A stretch of DNA of 64,000 nucleotides from Blasia pusilla (taxonomy: Eukaryota), in contig CM114271.1 in the NCBI GenBank assembly GCA_050084515.1, positions 8,804,001-8,868,000 on the forward strand. Reading direction: 5' to 3'. Every line of letters starts with the position of its first letter. Within the stretch, counting starts at the first letter, position 1. This document shows, one piece after another, positions 39,148 through 51,853 of the stretch. The notes under the pieces are model-generated. The model saw only the letters and a list, made by a program, of their open reading frames with translations, was not told the origin of the DNA and did not search any database. The translations under genes and the position numbers were made by a program.

Positions 39148-39611
39148 TAGGTCTTTCCCTATGAGCCAGACATTAGTTATAATTAGACCCGAATCCAAGT
39201 TTTGGCGACTTAAGTAAATCTTGCACTTTCAACGTTAATAATTGATGGAATTGAACCGGAAACAAGAAGCGTCTAATATTAACGCGTCCAGAGAATAATT
39301 GAATTCGAAAGTTTCGTCATTCGCACCTGTATAAACTTACCCAGGACGGCAAGAACTACGAGTGCGAGGACAATATAGAAGAGAGTACTTTTATTCCACT
39401 TCGCGTTGGGCGCGTGTAGGGAAAAATCGAACGCGGCGCCCGGCTGAGCCGAATAGTCGTGAACACTCGGAGGTATGTAATGAGAAGGAAGGACGCCTCG
39501 TACAATAATCCGGCCGTAACCATCGCGACATGGAAACCCCCGGTAATCCCACAGGGAACGAGGAGTTGCTGAAGATCTGCGGGTAACTGTGGAGCGTACG
39601 AATCCCACCAT
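39148..39611 (-). CDS. Possible small single-pass membrane protein (~98 aa, 2 exons)
   Basis: ORF MVGFVRS... with a C-terminal hydrophobic STLFYIVLALVVLAVLGKF, a GT donor after ATACAG (~39326) and an AG acceptor ~39160 giving GKT*. Lies in a CpG-retaining island. No recognised homology. Confidence 0.3.
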
Positions 39612-42600
39612 ACCAATATCGAGTTGTGCCTAGTCCCGCGCTTCTCGTCTAACAATGAACATGCGCGAGCATCGTCTCCCTTAGCCGCGCCTGGCTGTCC
39701 AAACTCCGCGGCCTCCTCCCGCTTCCCCTGCCGTCCCACCTCCACCTCGCTTCTCCGCTCAGGTTCTCCCGCTTTGCGTTCTCTGCTTACTCCCGAGCTT
39801 TGCATGAACTCTACTTCCGCGTTCACGGAATTTACTCCGTGTAACCTATGCTCTTACCACTGTTTACGGCCTCCACAAGTAGGTTAAAATCAAATGCTAC
39901 TAACCGGTGCTCGTGCGATGCACGGTGAAACCGGCCCCGTCACCCTTAACTTAATTGCTACCTCCGGTTGAACTTGTCACGTTTCAGCGCCCTGACTCTA
40001 GTATAGGTTAGAAATGAGACACATCCTTGTTTAGCAATACTAGTGGGCACTTGGGAGAGAGGGACAAATCTATAGTATTAAAAGAGGAGAGGGTCTTGGC
40101 CAGGAGCTCCGCGGCATGACACGTGTCCCTCAAGAGACGCCCACCGCATGACACATGTCTCTCACCACGAAATCACGGCAAGACACATCTCATCTGTAGA
40201 TTCATTTTTCATCGATCCGATCTTGTAGTGCGCCTACTCTCCTTGAACGTTAATCTTGTTGTTGCGGAAACGTGAGTTCAGTAGGTCACGCTCTCAACGT
40301 TGATCTGCATCCAAACACGCACTCTGGTTAGTCGGGTCTTGTATCAATCAGCGGGCTAACTTTCCGAGTTCTCGTCTCGGTCTCTCATTGTCGCGCCCCT
40401 ACTCTCCTTGAACGTCAATCTTTATTGTTGCGGAAGCGTACGTTCAGTAGGATACGATCTCATCGCCGATCTGCACTCAAACACACACTCTCGTTAGTCG
40501 GGTCTGGGCCAACCAGCGTTCCAACCCACCAAGTTCTCAACTCGGCGTCTCATCAAGCTCAACCTTCCTTACTTCCTAGTTTCCAAAACATGGCAAGTCC
40601 TTCAAGACTTGGAACAGACTTCCTGATTAGTCCAGGAACCTAAAACGGCACTTGCGTGCCTAGCGATCCCAACTCTTCAACGGACCTCGTGTGAGTTCCA
40701 AACCGAGACCCAAGTAATTGAGTCGCGGGGTGAAATCCAAGAGGGATGTCTAAAATCGCCTCCATAGACTTGGTTTAGGTTTTCCAACCCAACCCCAAAC
40801 TCTCGATCCGTTCCATGCCCTTGCGCCGCCCCGTGGCGCGCAAAGTGGGGTTCGAGTTCCAAGCACTCTTGGAGACCTTCCCCCTTACTAGTACTTCTGG
40901 GATTCTCGAATAACCCCCCATCTTTGGAAAAGGAGGGTCGGGCCCTTCATTGTGGCCCTCAACCCGACTCTACTTACAGTTGTTTCCAGATTGTTTCCCA
41001 GCTGTTGCTTATGCGTTTGCAAAGATCTTTAGTGCGTTTGAAGTGTCTTTCCATAAGCCTTCTAACGCACCCTTTTTCAATCCAAACGCATCTTGGCGCT
41101 AAAAGTTATGGCCATAAATACAATCGGAAAGTCTCAAACGCTAGTGGCGTCCCAAATCCGGATTCCTTCCTTTGGCAACCCACTTTCTAGACTCAACTCC
41201 TTTCAAGTCTTGTTCCGCGTTTGGTACAGATTTCTCAGTCGCGACCACAACATCTGAAATGCGAAGCCTCAATTGCGTCCCGTCTCTTGTCTCTTCTTTG
41301 AGACCACTCCAACGCGCAAACCATCTTAGCGTGAGCCCGCTAATGTTCCGATGTTCCGCTTTGGCACTCGTTTGGTCATGAGGGTTGCGAAACTCACCCC
41401 TCTTTAGAGGTTGATGCCCTCATCAACGCAAACCTTTGTTATGTCAAGTTTCTTGGGCAGCCTACTCCTTGACATTGAATTGCGTTCTGGTGGCTAACCC
41501 GCAATTTCTCTTAGTCTACAGTTGTCGCTTTGCATCACTTAGAATTATTAGCCTCTCCTCTTTGATAAGCCTGGACTCGTTCCAAAGAACTAACCTATCA
41601 AATAAGCTAACTAAGTGTGCAACCTTAGACTCTTCTGGCTCATTCTTGTAAACATCACACATGTTTACCTAGTCTACAAATCGTACTATTATTGGGTCGC
41701 TCCCATATTCGACTTAGGCGCGTCACTAAGTTTACTTATGTAGCCACAAGTAAGATCACCCCAAGCCCCAAGACAGATTCATCTGCCCCACAAACGCTAG
41801 GGCGAGCCCAAGTGTAATCCAACACAAGATCCTGTTCCGAGTGCTTATCCACATACGAGCTCTCACCTCAAATATTCCTTGTCTATCCTCTTGACTTACA
41901 TCCTAAGCCTATGATGAACGACTCATAGCCATGCACTACCACATACAAATTGCAATCAACTCTGGCATCGAATCTCCAAATCCATGCATTCCTTTATTGC
42001 AACACTAGCATGTTCTAGTTACAACGGTTGTCGTGCGAATCCACATCGTCATACAACATACATCGGTGACATACCATACTCACATACATACATAACATAG
42101 ACGAGAGCATCCACAAACATAAGTGTACCACAATTGAAATCCGTGAAAGACCTACTGTCATAAAACACGTATAGAATCACATACAATCGAGCCAAACCCA
42201 CTCCACGATGGGAGAATCTAGGTCGAAGCTTGCGGGAAACACCATAGCCAAGAGCTCTACTCACTACCAAGGCTAACTCCCAACGCAACAGGCTCAACTC
42301 AAAGAATCGACGTTTTCTTTGGGTGCACTCCATACTATATCCTCCAACCTAAGAGCGGGCCCCTTGGGAAAGTCACCCCCAACTGAGTAACCCCCAACCC
42401 TATGTATGAAACCGCATCTCTACCTAGCCACTACGGTCCTACATAAGGTATGGCCTCTACTAGCACACTATACTCTACGACATAATCCGTATGGTCATGA
42501 CAGCTGTCATGCGAATCCACATCGTCATACAACATACATCGCTGACATACCATACTCACATACATACATAACATAGACGAGAGCATCCACAAGCATAAGT

Positions 42601-42784
42601 GTACCACAACTCGCCCCCCTAACTGGCGGTTAGGTCCCTCTAACTCCCAGGTAGCCCTATACATCTACTACATGCTATACACCTTTGTGGGTGCACGAAT
42701 CAGAAGGTCGGGTGCTAGGTTGCCCCATCGTTAGTCGCACATCTGTAATCCATATCATGCAAAGATCAAGTCATGTACCTCTCC

Positions 42785-45700
42785 TAAATACATCGAGGAC
42801 AAACCCACCTTCCAGTAGGAACAACATCCATACGTGGAGTCAAACACATCATGTGTCAACCCCTAGAACATCGATCACACACCAACATACGGGCTGCTTT
42901 ACCAGCAGACCCATACAACATGCACCTCAAGCTAGCACATATCATGGCTAAGTTTGGGTCAACAGTACCATCCACATTTGGAAGATGACATGATGCACAA
43001 TTACGCACATGGTCCTTCCAAAAAACTCCATCACGACCCTCCAACATGAGAACTCCAGAAGCTAACACCTCGCTCACTCGTAAAATAGTGCGGTCTGCCG
43101 TCACATCCAACGTTGTCGGTGCAATCTGCTGCAATTAGACATAGTCCCCCACATGGAACCTACGAATCGATGGTCGATAACCTCCACCCCGAATGGTTGC
43201 ATACCGCAAGGTATCTCTATGTTGAGCAATGGCAAGATTCTCAAAGGTTGTTGGCATAACTCTCCGAAAGAGCTCTGCCCGCTGAGAACACACCCTCATC
43301 CACATCTCTGGGTCATCAAGGTTCACCACCTCACTAGACTCCCAAAGAATTGATGTTGGCAAGTCTGGATCTCGGCCGTATAACAGAAAATAAGGTGAGA
43401 AGGAAGCCAAGGATGCTTGGCGACTGAACCTATACCCCATGGCTAACCATGGCAATTGAATATCCCTATCTCCAAGATGCCCCTTTTGTAGGCCATACTT
43501 GCGCAATGCCCTCTTCACCGTCTGAACCACACACTCAGCCAAACCATCTGCCTATGGATGATCTCGAGACGTGGTCTGATGATCAATCAATGCCTTGTCA
43601 TACAAGACCTGAAACTCACCCTGAAACTCTCTCCTCTGGTCGGTCAACACTTCATCTGGTGCACCAAAATGACTAAGCACTCTATCAAGAAACGCGTACG
43701 TCGTTCCCTCACTTGCCTTCTCAGGTAATGCCACCAACTCAATCCACTTGGAGAAGTGCTCCACCATCACCTACACATATCGATGATGTCGTACAGTCAA
43801 CGGTAACGGTCCCGCAAAGTCCACACTCCAACAGTAACCCAACCCCATAATAGGCAAGGGGTGTAACTGTGGTGTAGGGGTATTGAATGATGCCCTCACC
43901 CGGTCACAAACCATACAACCTGACACCAACTGCTGCACTTGAGTATGCATGCCACGCCACCAATAATGACCAAGGAGTAAGCTATACGTACACTTTACCC
44001 CAAAATGTCCCAACTCCTCATAGGCATGTTGCACAATGCGCTCTCTCTGAGCCAAATGCGGCACTACTCGTACTCTACCATCCTCCCACACACGGAGAAT
44101 ATGTGTTCCCTCCAATCGATACCTCTTAGCACGTTGAAGAACACGGTCTCGCTCCTTGGCACTCACTATGCCGGCACCCTACTCGTCCAGTAGGGAACTC
44201 CAACACCAACGCATCATCATGAATATCACGCTGATCCGCACGCCATCTCCAACCTTAGGATCTCAAGGTGGCCATCTACCCCTCGACTAGAGTAAGATGT
44301 CATGTGGTCCTCCATACTAGAGTCCATCCCTAACCAACATAAAAAGGGGGATGCATGCCAACCTGGAACCATCTCCTCATCAACCTCGCCATGCCATCTA
44401 GCCCTTGTTGCATCCTCTTGGCTAGTACATGGGTTCCTTCTCAATCCATCAGCATCAAGGTTGGCAACTCCAAGTCTATGTACCACCTGAAAGCCATACT
44501 CCTGTAAGATAAGAGCCCACTGTGCAAGCTTCCCTGTAAGCTTGTCAGACTCTATCAACCATTTGAGCGGCTGATGATCGGTAACAAGGGTAAACTGTGT
44601 GCCAAACAAGTAACACCTAAAGTGTGCCACAGCCCACACTACTGCCAAACACTCCCCCTCGTATGAACTATAGCGCGACTCCGCTGCATTATTCGAACGA
44701 CTTGCATAGGCCACCACAAACTCCATATGCTCATCATCATGTTATGTCAACACCGCTCCAAGTCCCAACCTACTCCAATCAGTGTGTAACTGAAATGGGC
44801 ACCCTTTGATAGGTCTCCAGTGCCACTCTTGATCAGATTTCAGAAATTGGTTCAAAGGCTTTGCCATAGCACTAAATCCCTTCACACACATCCAATAGTA
44901 GTTTGCCAATCCCATGAATGCCCGAACTCTACTCACATCTACCGGACGCGGAATAAGTGCAATATCCTCCACCTTTGCTTGCTGAACTCCCAAACCACCT
45001 GGATAGATCACATGACCCAAATACTCAACATCCTCATTGAAGAACTTACACTTTCTTGGATGCAAACGTAGATCATGAGCTTTCAACGGCTCAAACACCA
45101 TCTGCAAATGTATCTGATGCTCCTCCACCGTGTTACTGAACACCAAGATATCATCAATGTAACACCGAACAAAATCCAACCCCGCTAGGATCCTGTCCAT
45201 CACTCACTGAAACTCGGCAGGTGCATTCTTCAACCCAAAGGGTAAGAATTTCCACCGGTACAAACAATCCTTGCTATGAGAGTTGACATCCCAAAATGCT
45301 GTCTTGGCCTTGTCACTCTCCCGAATCGGCAATTGATGGTATCATGCCCGAAGATCCAAAGTACTGAAAATCTTTGCGTATCCCACCACATCAAAGATCT
45401 CCTCAGGTGTAGGCATGGCATACCTATCGGCCTTGGTTTGCCGATTGATAGGACGGTAATCTCCACATATCCGCCTATCCGTATAGTTGCCATGCATATC
45501 CTTTTTAGCAGGCATGACAATGGCTGATGCATACTCTCCATGGGAGAACTCCACTAATCCAGCCTTCAAAAGGTCCAACGTCCTACTCTGAATCATGTCC
45601 CTCTCCATATCACTATATCGGTAGGGACGACGGAAGATTGGAGTATCACTAGCCAAATCAATCCGTATACCGGGTCCAACCAGAGCACCCAACTCCTTCA

Positions 45701-45840
45701 TGCTAAAGGCAAAACAACTCCTATAAGCACGTAGGAACTGTGTCAAGCATCGTTTCTCACCTCCCGTAAGCTTGGGCCCAAGTAATGGCTCCCAAGTCTC
45801 CTCCATTGGCACACTAGAGGGAGAGGACGATGCCATTGGC
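42785..45840 (-). pseudogene. RT, RNase H, integrase and C-terminal PHD finger of the nested element
   Basis: RICGDYRPIN, CYIDDILV, YEGECLAVVWAV..TDHQPL, HFGVK..CMVC, SVDFAGP..TDQ, then CML.GS..MLVCDRCSRG*HMMCLTP..WVCPRC. Confidence 0.9.
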
Positions 45841-46089
45841 TGCTACGCAACCCCCTCACAAGATGGTACACCCTTAGCTACACCATCATCTGAGCAAATA
45901 ACTCCTCCACCAGCATGAGCAACCAACTCCACATGCCCAGCCATTACATCCCATTTACTCCAAGGATGCAAAATACTACTCTCCTCGCCCCCAGCCGATG
46001 CCTCTACCGTCCCGGTAGCCATCGAGCTCATTACAAGGGGTGGAAGAACCATCGACATAGTCCGAAGTCGACGCTGCTCAGCCATACCA

Positions 46090-47040
46090 AGACTCAAAAT
46101 CCAAGTCAAACAATTCAGGTCCATGGCCTGACCCAACACATGACCTCGTGAAGCCTCATAAATGGAAGAAACCGATGTCACACCAATAGAAAATCCCATC
46201 GCACGCTCTCTCTCATCAGCGTTAGGCTCCACCAACTGTCGCACATGAGAATCCCATACAAGCCCGGGACCACCTTCCCTGTAGGCATGTGACGAGGGAA
46301 AACTCACAAGTGTGGGGAGTGCCATCCTAGGATGGCCCACACGGTTCACCACTGCCATGGGTGACCGATCAATAACCCTCACCACCAGAGAAAGTCGCCC
46401 AGTATCCAAGATACTATCCATTGTAAGGCAAGGTTCCCGTTGCACTGCATCATATGCTCAACGTAGAACCTCCCTAGGCAACAAGTTTGTCCACCACAAG
46501 CATGGGCGATGTGCACACGAGCCAACTCGCGCTGCATCCAACAACACCGCTGGTCCAATCCAAGACCACACCTCATGAACACTCGCCATCATCCGGGACC
46601 GAGTGTCACCCAACAATGGAACATTCTCCAGAATGTAAGCTGGAGCACGTGCCTGATGAACCTGAAGATGTCATAACACCGTAACATCTCCCAAAACAAT
46701 CGAGACCTAGGGTCGTGTAATCCCTCACCACGACCAGCATGTGTATGACCCTGACATGGCCATCTAGCAATCACCAAATCCACAGGACCAACCCTCTCAA
46801 GGTCTTGTGCCCCCAACAATGCAATGTGTGACGGCAAAGCACGCTGGTACCCACGAATAGCCGATGGCGGCAAAAACTCAGGATATCTCCGCATCAACTA
46901 ACCAATATGTCGGGATGAGACTCTCTGGGCCGTCTCATCTTGCTCCACATACACGTATCTCCGCACAGGAATACCAGCCTGCAACACTATAGCCAAAACA
47001 GTGCTAATCCCACCAAAGAGATCTAACACACAAATGGCCT
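46090..47040 (-). pseudogene. DNMT3-like C5-cytosine DNA methyltransferase domain within pol
   Basis: Motif I VLDLFGGI; II RYVYVEQD; IV GPVDLVIARWPCQG; VI YILENVP; VIII DAARVGSCAHRPCLWWTNL; IX-X ERERAMGF...RGHVLGQAM. Has a stop at ~46898 and frameshifts. Confidence 0.92.
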
Positions 47041-47459
47041 CCGGCGGATACTGCCATACAATGGGTGTAGTATCCAAAGGGGATAACCCAACTGGACCAC
47101 AAGTAGGAGTCCGCCGTGGGGCCTCCTCTTCCTCGTGAGGTATAACATCCTCACACCAAGCCTCATGCACTAGGCGATCAGCCTCCTGCCGTAGTGCACC
47201 GCCTGAACTCCAAAGTGGCACATCCAACGATGAGGATGCCATTGCTGCAAAACTAGGGAATTCCTCTACCTCCTCATGCACAGGAGAATCCATAGCAGAA
47301 ACATTACCCTCCAAAAAGTCTCCTATCCAAGTGACTACTCCACTAAAACCAGCCACATATGCTAACACTGTTGGCATATGGAAGACCCTCCTGGTCGAGC
47401 CCCATAAATAAATCTCACAGGAACTTGGCTCATACGTCCATCCTTGGACTACCAACCAG

Positions 47460-49930
47460 GTCTATAAGACGCTGTCTCAATCCAGTAATCCATCTGAAAA
47501 CCCATTGGGTACAATACTGCTCCTCCAACTAGTACATCATACGACTCGGCTGATGTGACCACTGCAGGTACTCCCAATCGGGAGCTATCAATCGCATGAT
47601 CTGGTCTCAACTATACAGAAAACTTCTCCCGTGTCATGAATTGAGACCTATCATTGGCTCCTCCAAGTGATGTTTGAATCTGGAATGGGCAAGGCTCAAG
47701 CTCTGACCTCCGAATACCCAAACCAATACATGCCGCCTTTCCCAACATCAAAGGTTGGGCACCAGAGTCTAACAAGACTATATTTGGTCTATACAATTGT
47801 CATGTAGGACTCACCAATCGGAATATCCCACTCCGGTTGTCCAACATACATACACCATGTGCAAGCCTCTCACAATCAATGGCTGGCCGGGCTGGTGATG
47901 CATCCATCTTCACGGCTGCTGCCTGCCAAGTAGCACTGGTACTCAATGCTACACCTGACATAGAGGGCCGCTCCACCGCAACACCCTCATCCACCTCAGC
48001 ACGTGTAGCAGTAATACCTCCACTTTCACACAGCGTGGCTGCTAGCTGAAATACAGGAGCTAAGTCAACTCCTAAAGCCATTAGTTCCGTGGCTGAAAAA
48101 ATGGGGATCCTAACATTGAAGTTGCCATCCGCAATACTGCACTGGATGCTGCATTCGTGTCTACTACACGCGATGTAGATGCCTCAGTCTCCACTATCGG
48201 CTCAATAGGCTACGTAGGAACCATGGATGGAGTTCTAAGCACCTCCGACAACAAGAATGATTGGGGAAGCCTAGCCTGCCTCCCAGCCTCACCCCTCTAT
48301 GGGTCCAACTCCAAAGTAACACCACGTGGCTCTGACGCTCGAGTGGCTCCTCTCGTAACTGCAGCTGATGCCTCAACCTGTGCTGCACTCACCATATAAG
48401 AGAGATCATCCCCTCCATAAGAGGTGGAAGCCCCTGCTCCCGAACCTGATCTATGCTGGATACCAGCCATAGTAGCCAACTTTTGCTCCAACTGCTCAAT
48501 CCTGGCAGCCATAGCCGACTCTGTCGTAGTGGTAGGGGTAGCCACCGTAGGCTCTCCAACCACTGGTCCACCTCTACCACCCCTACCACCTCTACCACCT
48601 CGGCCTCTCGGAGCTACTCCACCACGTCCGCGGCCTGATCTCAACTCTGGATGAAGATCAAAGCAATGCTCTCAAGGATGGCCTGGTCACCCACAATGAT
48701 CACACTGAGTTGGGGCCGACTGAGGCCCATCCTCCAAAGTCCGTCTCCCATCCTCTTGGGGATAAAACTTCCTAACATGATCACCTCCACATGTCCAACA
48801 TGATTGTCCTTGCTGCGGGGCAACAAATGAAGGAAATGGTCTCTACGCAAGTGTCCCTCTAGGACCTGATTGAGGTCGTGTGTACCCCCCACGACTCCCA
48901 CTACTACTACCACCACCACTACTACGAGACTGTGAGGTGGGTTGCTGAACACGAGAAGTAGTAGTTGTATCCCTATAGAATGCGGATGTCAACACTCTCT
49001 CCTTCACCATGTTAAGCTCAATCTTCTCAGATAGAGCAAACACATGGGTCAATGTGGGTGAATCATCACTCATAAGAGTAGCATCACTTACCCTGCGGCG
49101 CAACTCTCTGTCCAAGATCCCATACCAAAACTGGACTGCCTAAGCCTCAGTCACACCTTGGGTAACTGAAATCAAGTGTCACATACGAATGTATGCCTCA
49201 CGAAGCCTCTCACCAGTCTTTCGCTCAAATTCTTGAAGACTCCTCAACTTCTCTATCTTCACTCCCTAATAGTTCTTCTTTAACCTCTTGAAGAACTGTG
49301 CAACTGGGTTGAACGATGGTAGGGCACTAGTACCTCCACTAGTACCCCCACTGGTACCTCCATGGGTACCTCCACTGGTACCCCCACTCCGGCTTGTACT
49401 CGTACCACTCAACGTCGGGTTGGCTGGCATAGTAGGAGCACTACTACCAATACCACCATGGGTGATAGACACATAGCCTGGAGACCAATATTATCTCCAC
49501 GCCTCAATCTCAGCAACATGGTCCTTCCTAAACTCATGGTAATCATCCATGGGTGGTCCTCCAAGTCTTTGAAACAACCCTTCAAGCCAAGAAGGGTGTA
49601 AACAACGTGGCGTTCCGCAACATCTGCATATCACACCACGTATCAAACTCCTGCATGAAGTCCTCCAACTCAATGGTGCCCACTGCACCCTAGTATCGTC
49701 GTGGGCCCTTCATGGCCCCATATATTCCGTCCATGTCCCAAATCAATGGAGATGCAACACTCGATAACAACGTAGAAGACTCGTTGTTTGGAACACTCTC
49801 GTCCTCCTCTTCATCAACCGTCGGAAGTGGAAAAGGTAGCCGATACCTCAATCCACTCTCTGTAAAACCACCACGGTCCCCAACCATACCACCAGACAGC
49901 TCCGTGATGACCAACGCCGATGCCGCACCA
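47460..49930 (-). pseudogene. gag and aspartic protease of the nested element
   Basis: Zinc knuckle CDHCG*PGHP*EHCFDLHPELR followed by an RGG-rich tract. Protease VLLDSGAQPL. 12-bp repeats encoding GGTS at ~49325-49390. Confidence 0.75.
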
Positions 49931-51853
49931 CCACCAAATTACCACCACTAAGTAACCAAGTGACGTCGATGTCGCTGTACTATTCTAGCTCTACTAGCTA
50001 TGGGTGTAGGCAACCTAACCTGTCATCACCACAAGAAGCCTCCCACGGTCTACTGGTCATCACTCCAGCCTCACTACCGGTAGCACACAGGAATAACACT
50101 ACTCTGGAAATTAGCGTCAACCCTAACAATGGGCGCGCAAGCAAGAAGCAACGATGGAGGGGATCCAAACACAAGAAGTCCAACGACAATCCTCCAATCG
50201 CAAATGGAAATCAAGGTAACACAATTCACCAAACGTGGCGCCCCCTGAATCCACAAAACCCACCACACAAATCTAACGCAATAGCTACTCCGCCGCGGGT
50301 CGATGACGTACTAGTCGAACTCGCAGCACATGAAAAATATCACCTGCATGGAGAGGCTACACCGTACTACGCGCTAGAGGTCCATCAACCAAAAACCTGA
50401 GATGCATAAAGCGCCTAACACCTCTCCGAACAACACCAAATGAGCTACACCAGTGTGTACACTAGCATAGTTAAGAACTCAGCAGTTAAGTGTCTTCCAA
50501 GCAGAATAGTCCAAAGATGGGTGACCAGTTATGCAACACTCAAATCACAAATCTTGAAAAAACTGCCTCATGCCTAAGCTTGCTCCTTGCTCCTTGCTCC
50601 TTACTCCTTACTCCTTACTCCGCCTCTCACGCCCACTCGCCCTGAGCTACCACGAGTTGCCTCAAAGCCTCAAAATGCTCGAGACATTCCCCGTTCGCCC
50701 CGTTCGCCACGCTACGCCATGCTTTGCTATGGAGAGAGGCCCAACCAGGGTGCCCCCAATGGGATAGGCGTCTCCAACAATGAACGAGTCACCAACCAAC
50801 CAGCCCCTCCGATCCGATGTCCTTGAGCTAGTCCGCAAAATTTAGATCAAAAATTACTCCACAAATACTCAACCAAAATTGAATCTGTTTCAACCAGAAT
50901 TCAATTGACCACCATAGCTATCTCTCCACAAAAAATTAGCTACAACCGAGCTGTGTACTCCAAGCTAAAAATAAGACAAACTTGCTGTCCATACACATCC
51001 AGAATCGCAAATACGACATCGCTTCCGCCCAGTTTCATGCACACAGAAATCCGCAACGCTCCACACACTCGAGCATAAAGCTTCACATGAGATCACAATA
51101 CAAGTAGCAACATGAACCTCTCACCCGATCTGGATGAACTTCAACAGAGCTTCCGCACTCCAAGCTCTCCACATCAGAAAACCGTCGAACACGAACCAAA
51201 ATCTTCAATCCTTGATAACTTCCAACTCCCTTGACGAAATCCGGCGATCTTAAGCACGTTGGAAAGCTCTCAGCAAGGTCCTTCTTTTACAACCAACCAC
51301 GCACCAGATTCACACCTCCAACATAGGCCACAAGCCACGAACATCCACGGCTGAGTATACAATCAACTCTAACCAGATCCTATTGATCCACAATCGAAGC
51401 TACCATCGATCTACTTCAGTTCTTTGAGAGAAATCCGTGAAAGAAATATTGTCATAAAACACATATAGAATCACATACAATCGAGCCAAACCCACTCCAC
51501 GATGGGAGAATCTAGGTCGAAGCTTGCGGGAAACACCATAGCCAAAAGCTCTACTCACTACCAAGGCTAACTCCCAACGCAACAGGCTCAACTCAAAGAA
51601 CTGACTGTTCTTTGGGTACACTCCACACTATATCCTCCAACCTAAGAGCGGGCCCTACTGGAAAAGTCACCCCCAACTGAGTAACCCCCAACCCTATGTA
51701 TGAAACTGCATCTCTACCTAGCCACTACGGTCCTACATAAGGTATGGCCTCTACTAGCACACTATACTCTACGACATAATCCGTATGGTCATGACACAGC
51801 CTTTGGCCCAAGATTCCAATGGGTACAAGTCATGTTTCTAGCTTCTCCCCGTA

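Larger units (their letters stand above)
42029..51796 (-). mobile_element. Gypsy-type retrotransposon with DNMT3-like and PHD domains and split direct repeats
   Basis: Domain order gag (CCHC-like knuckle) - PR (LLDSGA) - DNMT - RT (YIDD) - RH - INT - PHD. Termini TGTC...TGACA. Repeat A at 51430-51796 and 42136-42502; repeat B at 42505-42608 and 42029-42132. PPT at 42610-42621. Confidence 0.9.

Noticed and set aside
42029-51796. Classifying the split-repeat element as DIRS/PAT/Ngaro
   Set aside because: It encodes an aspartic protease and a DDE integrase, and no tyrosine recombinase is visible.
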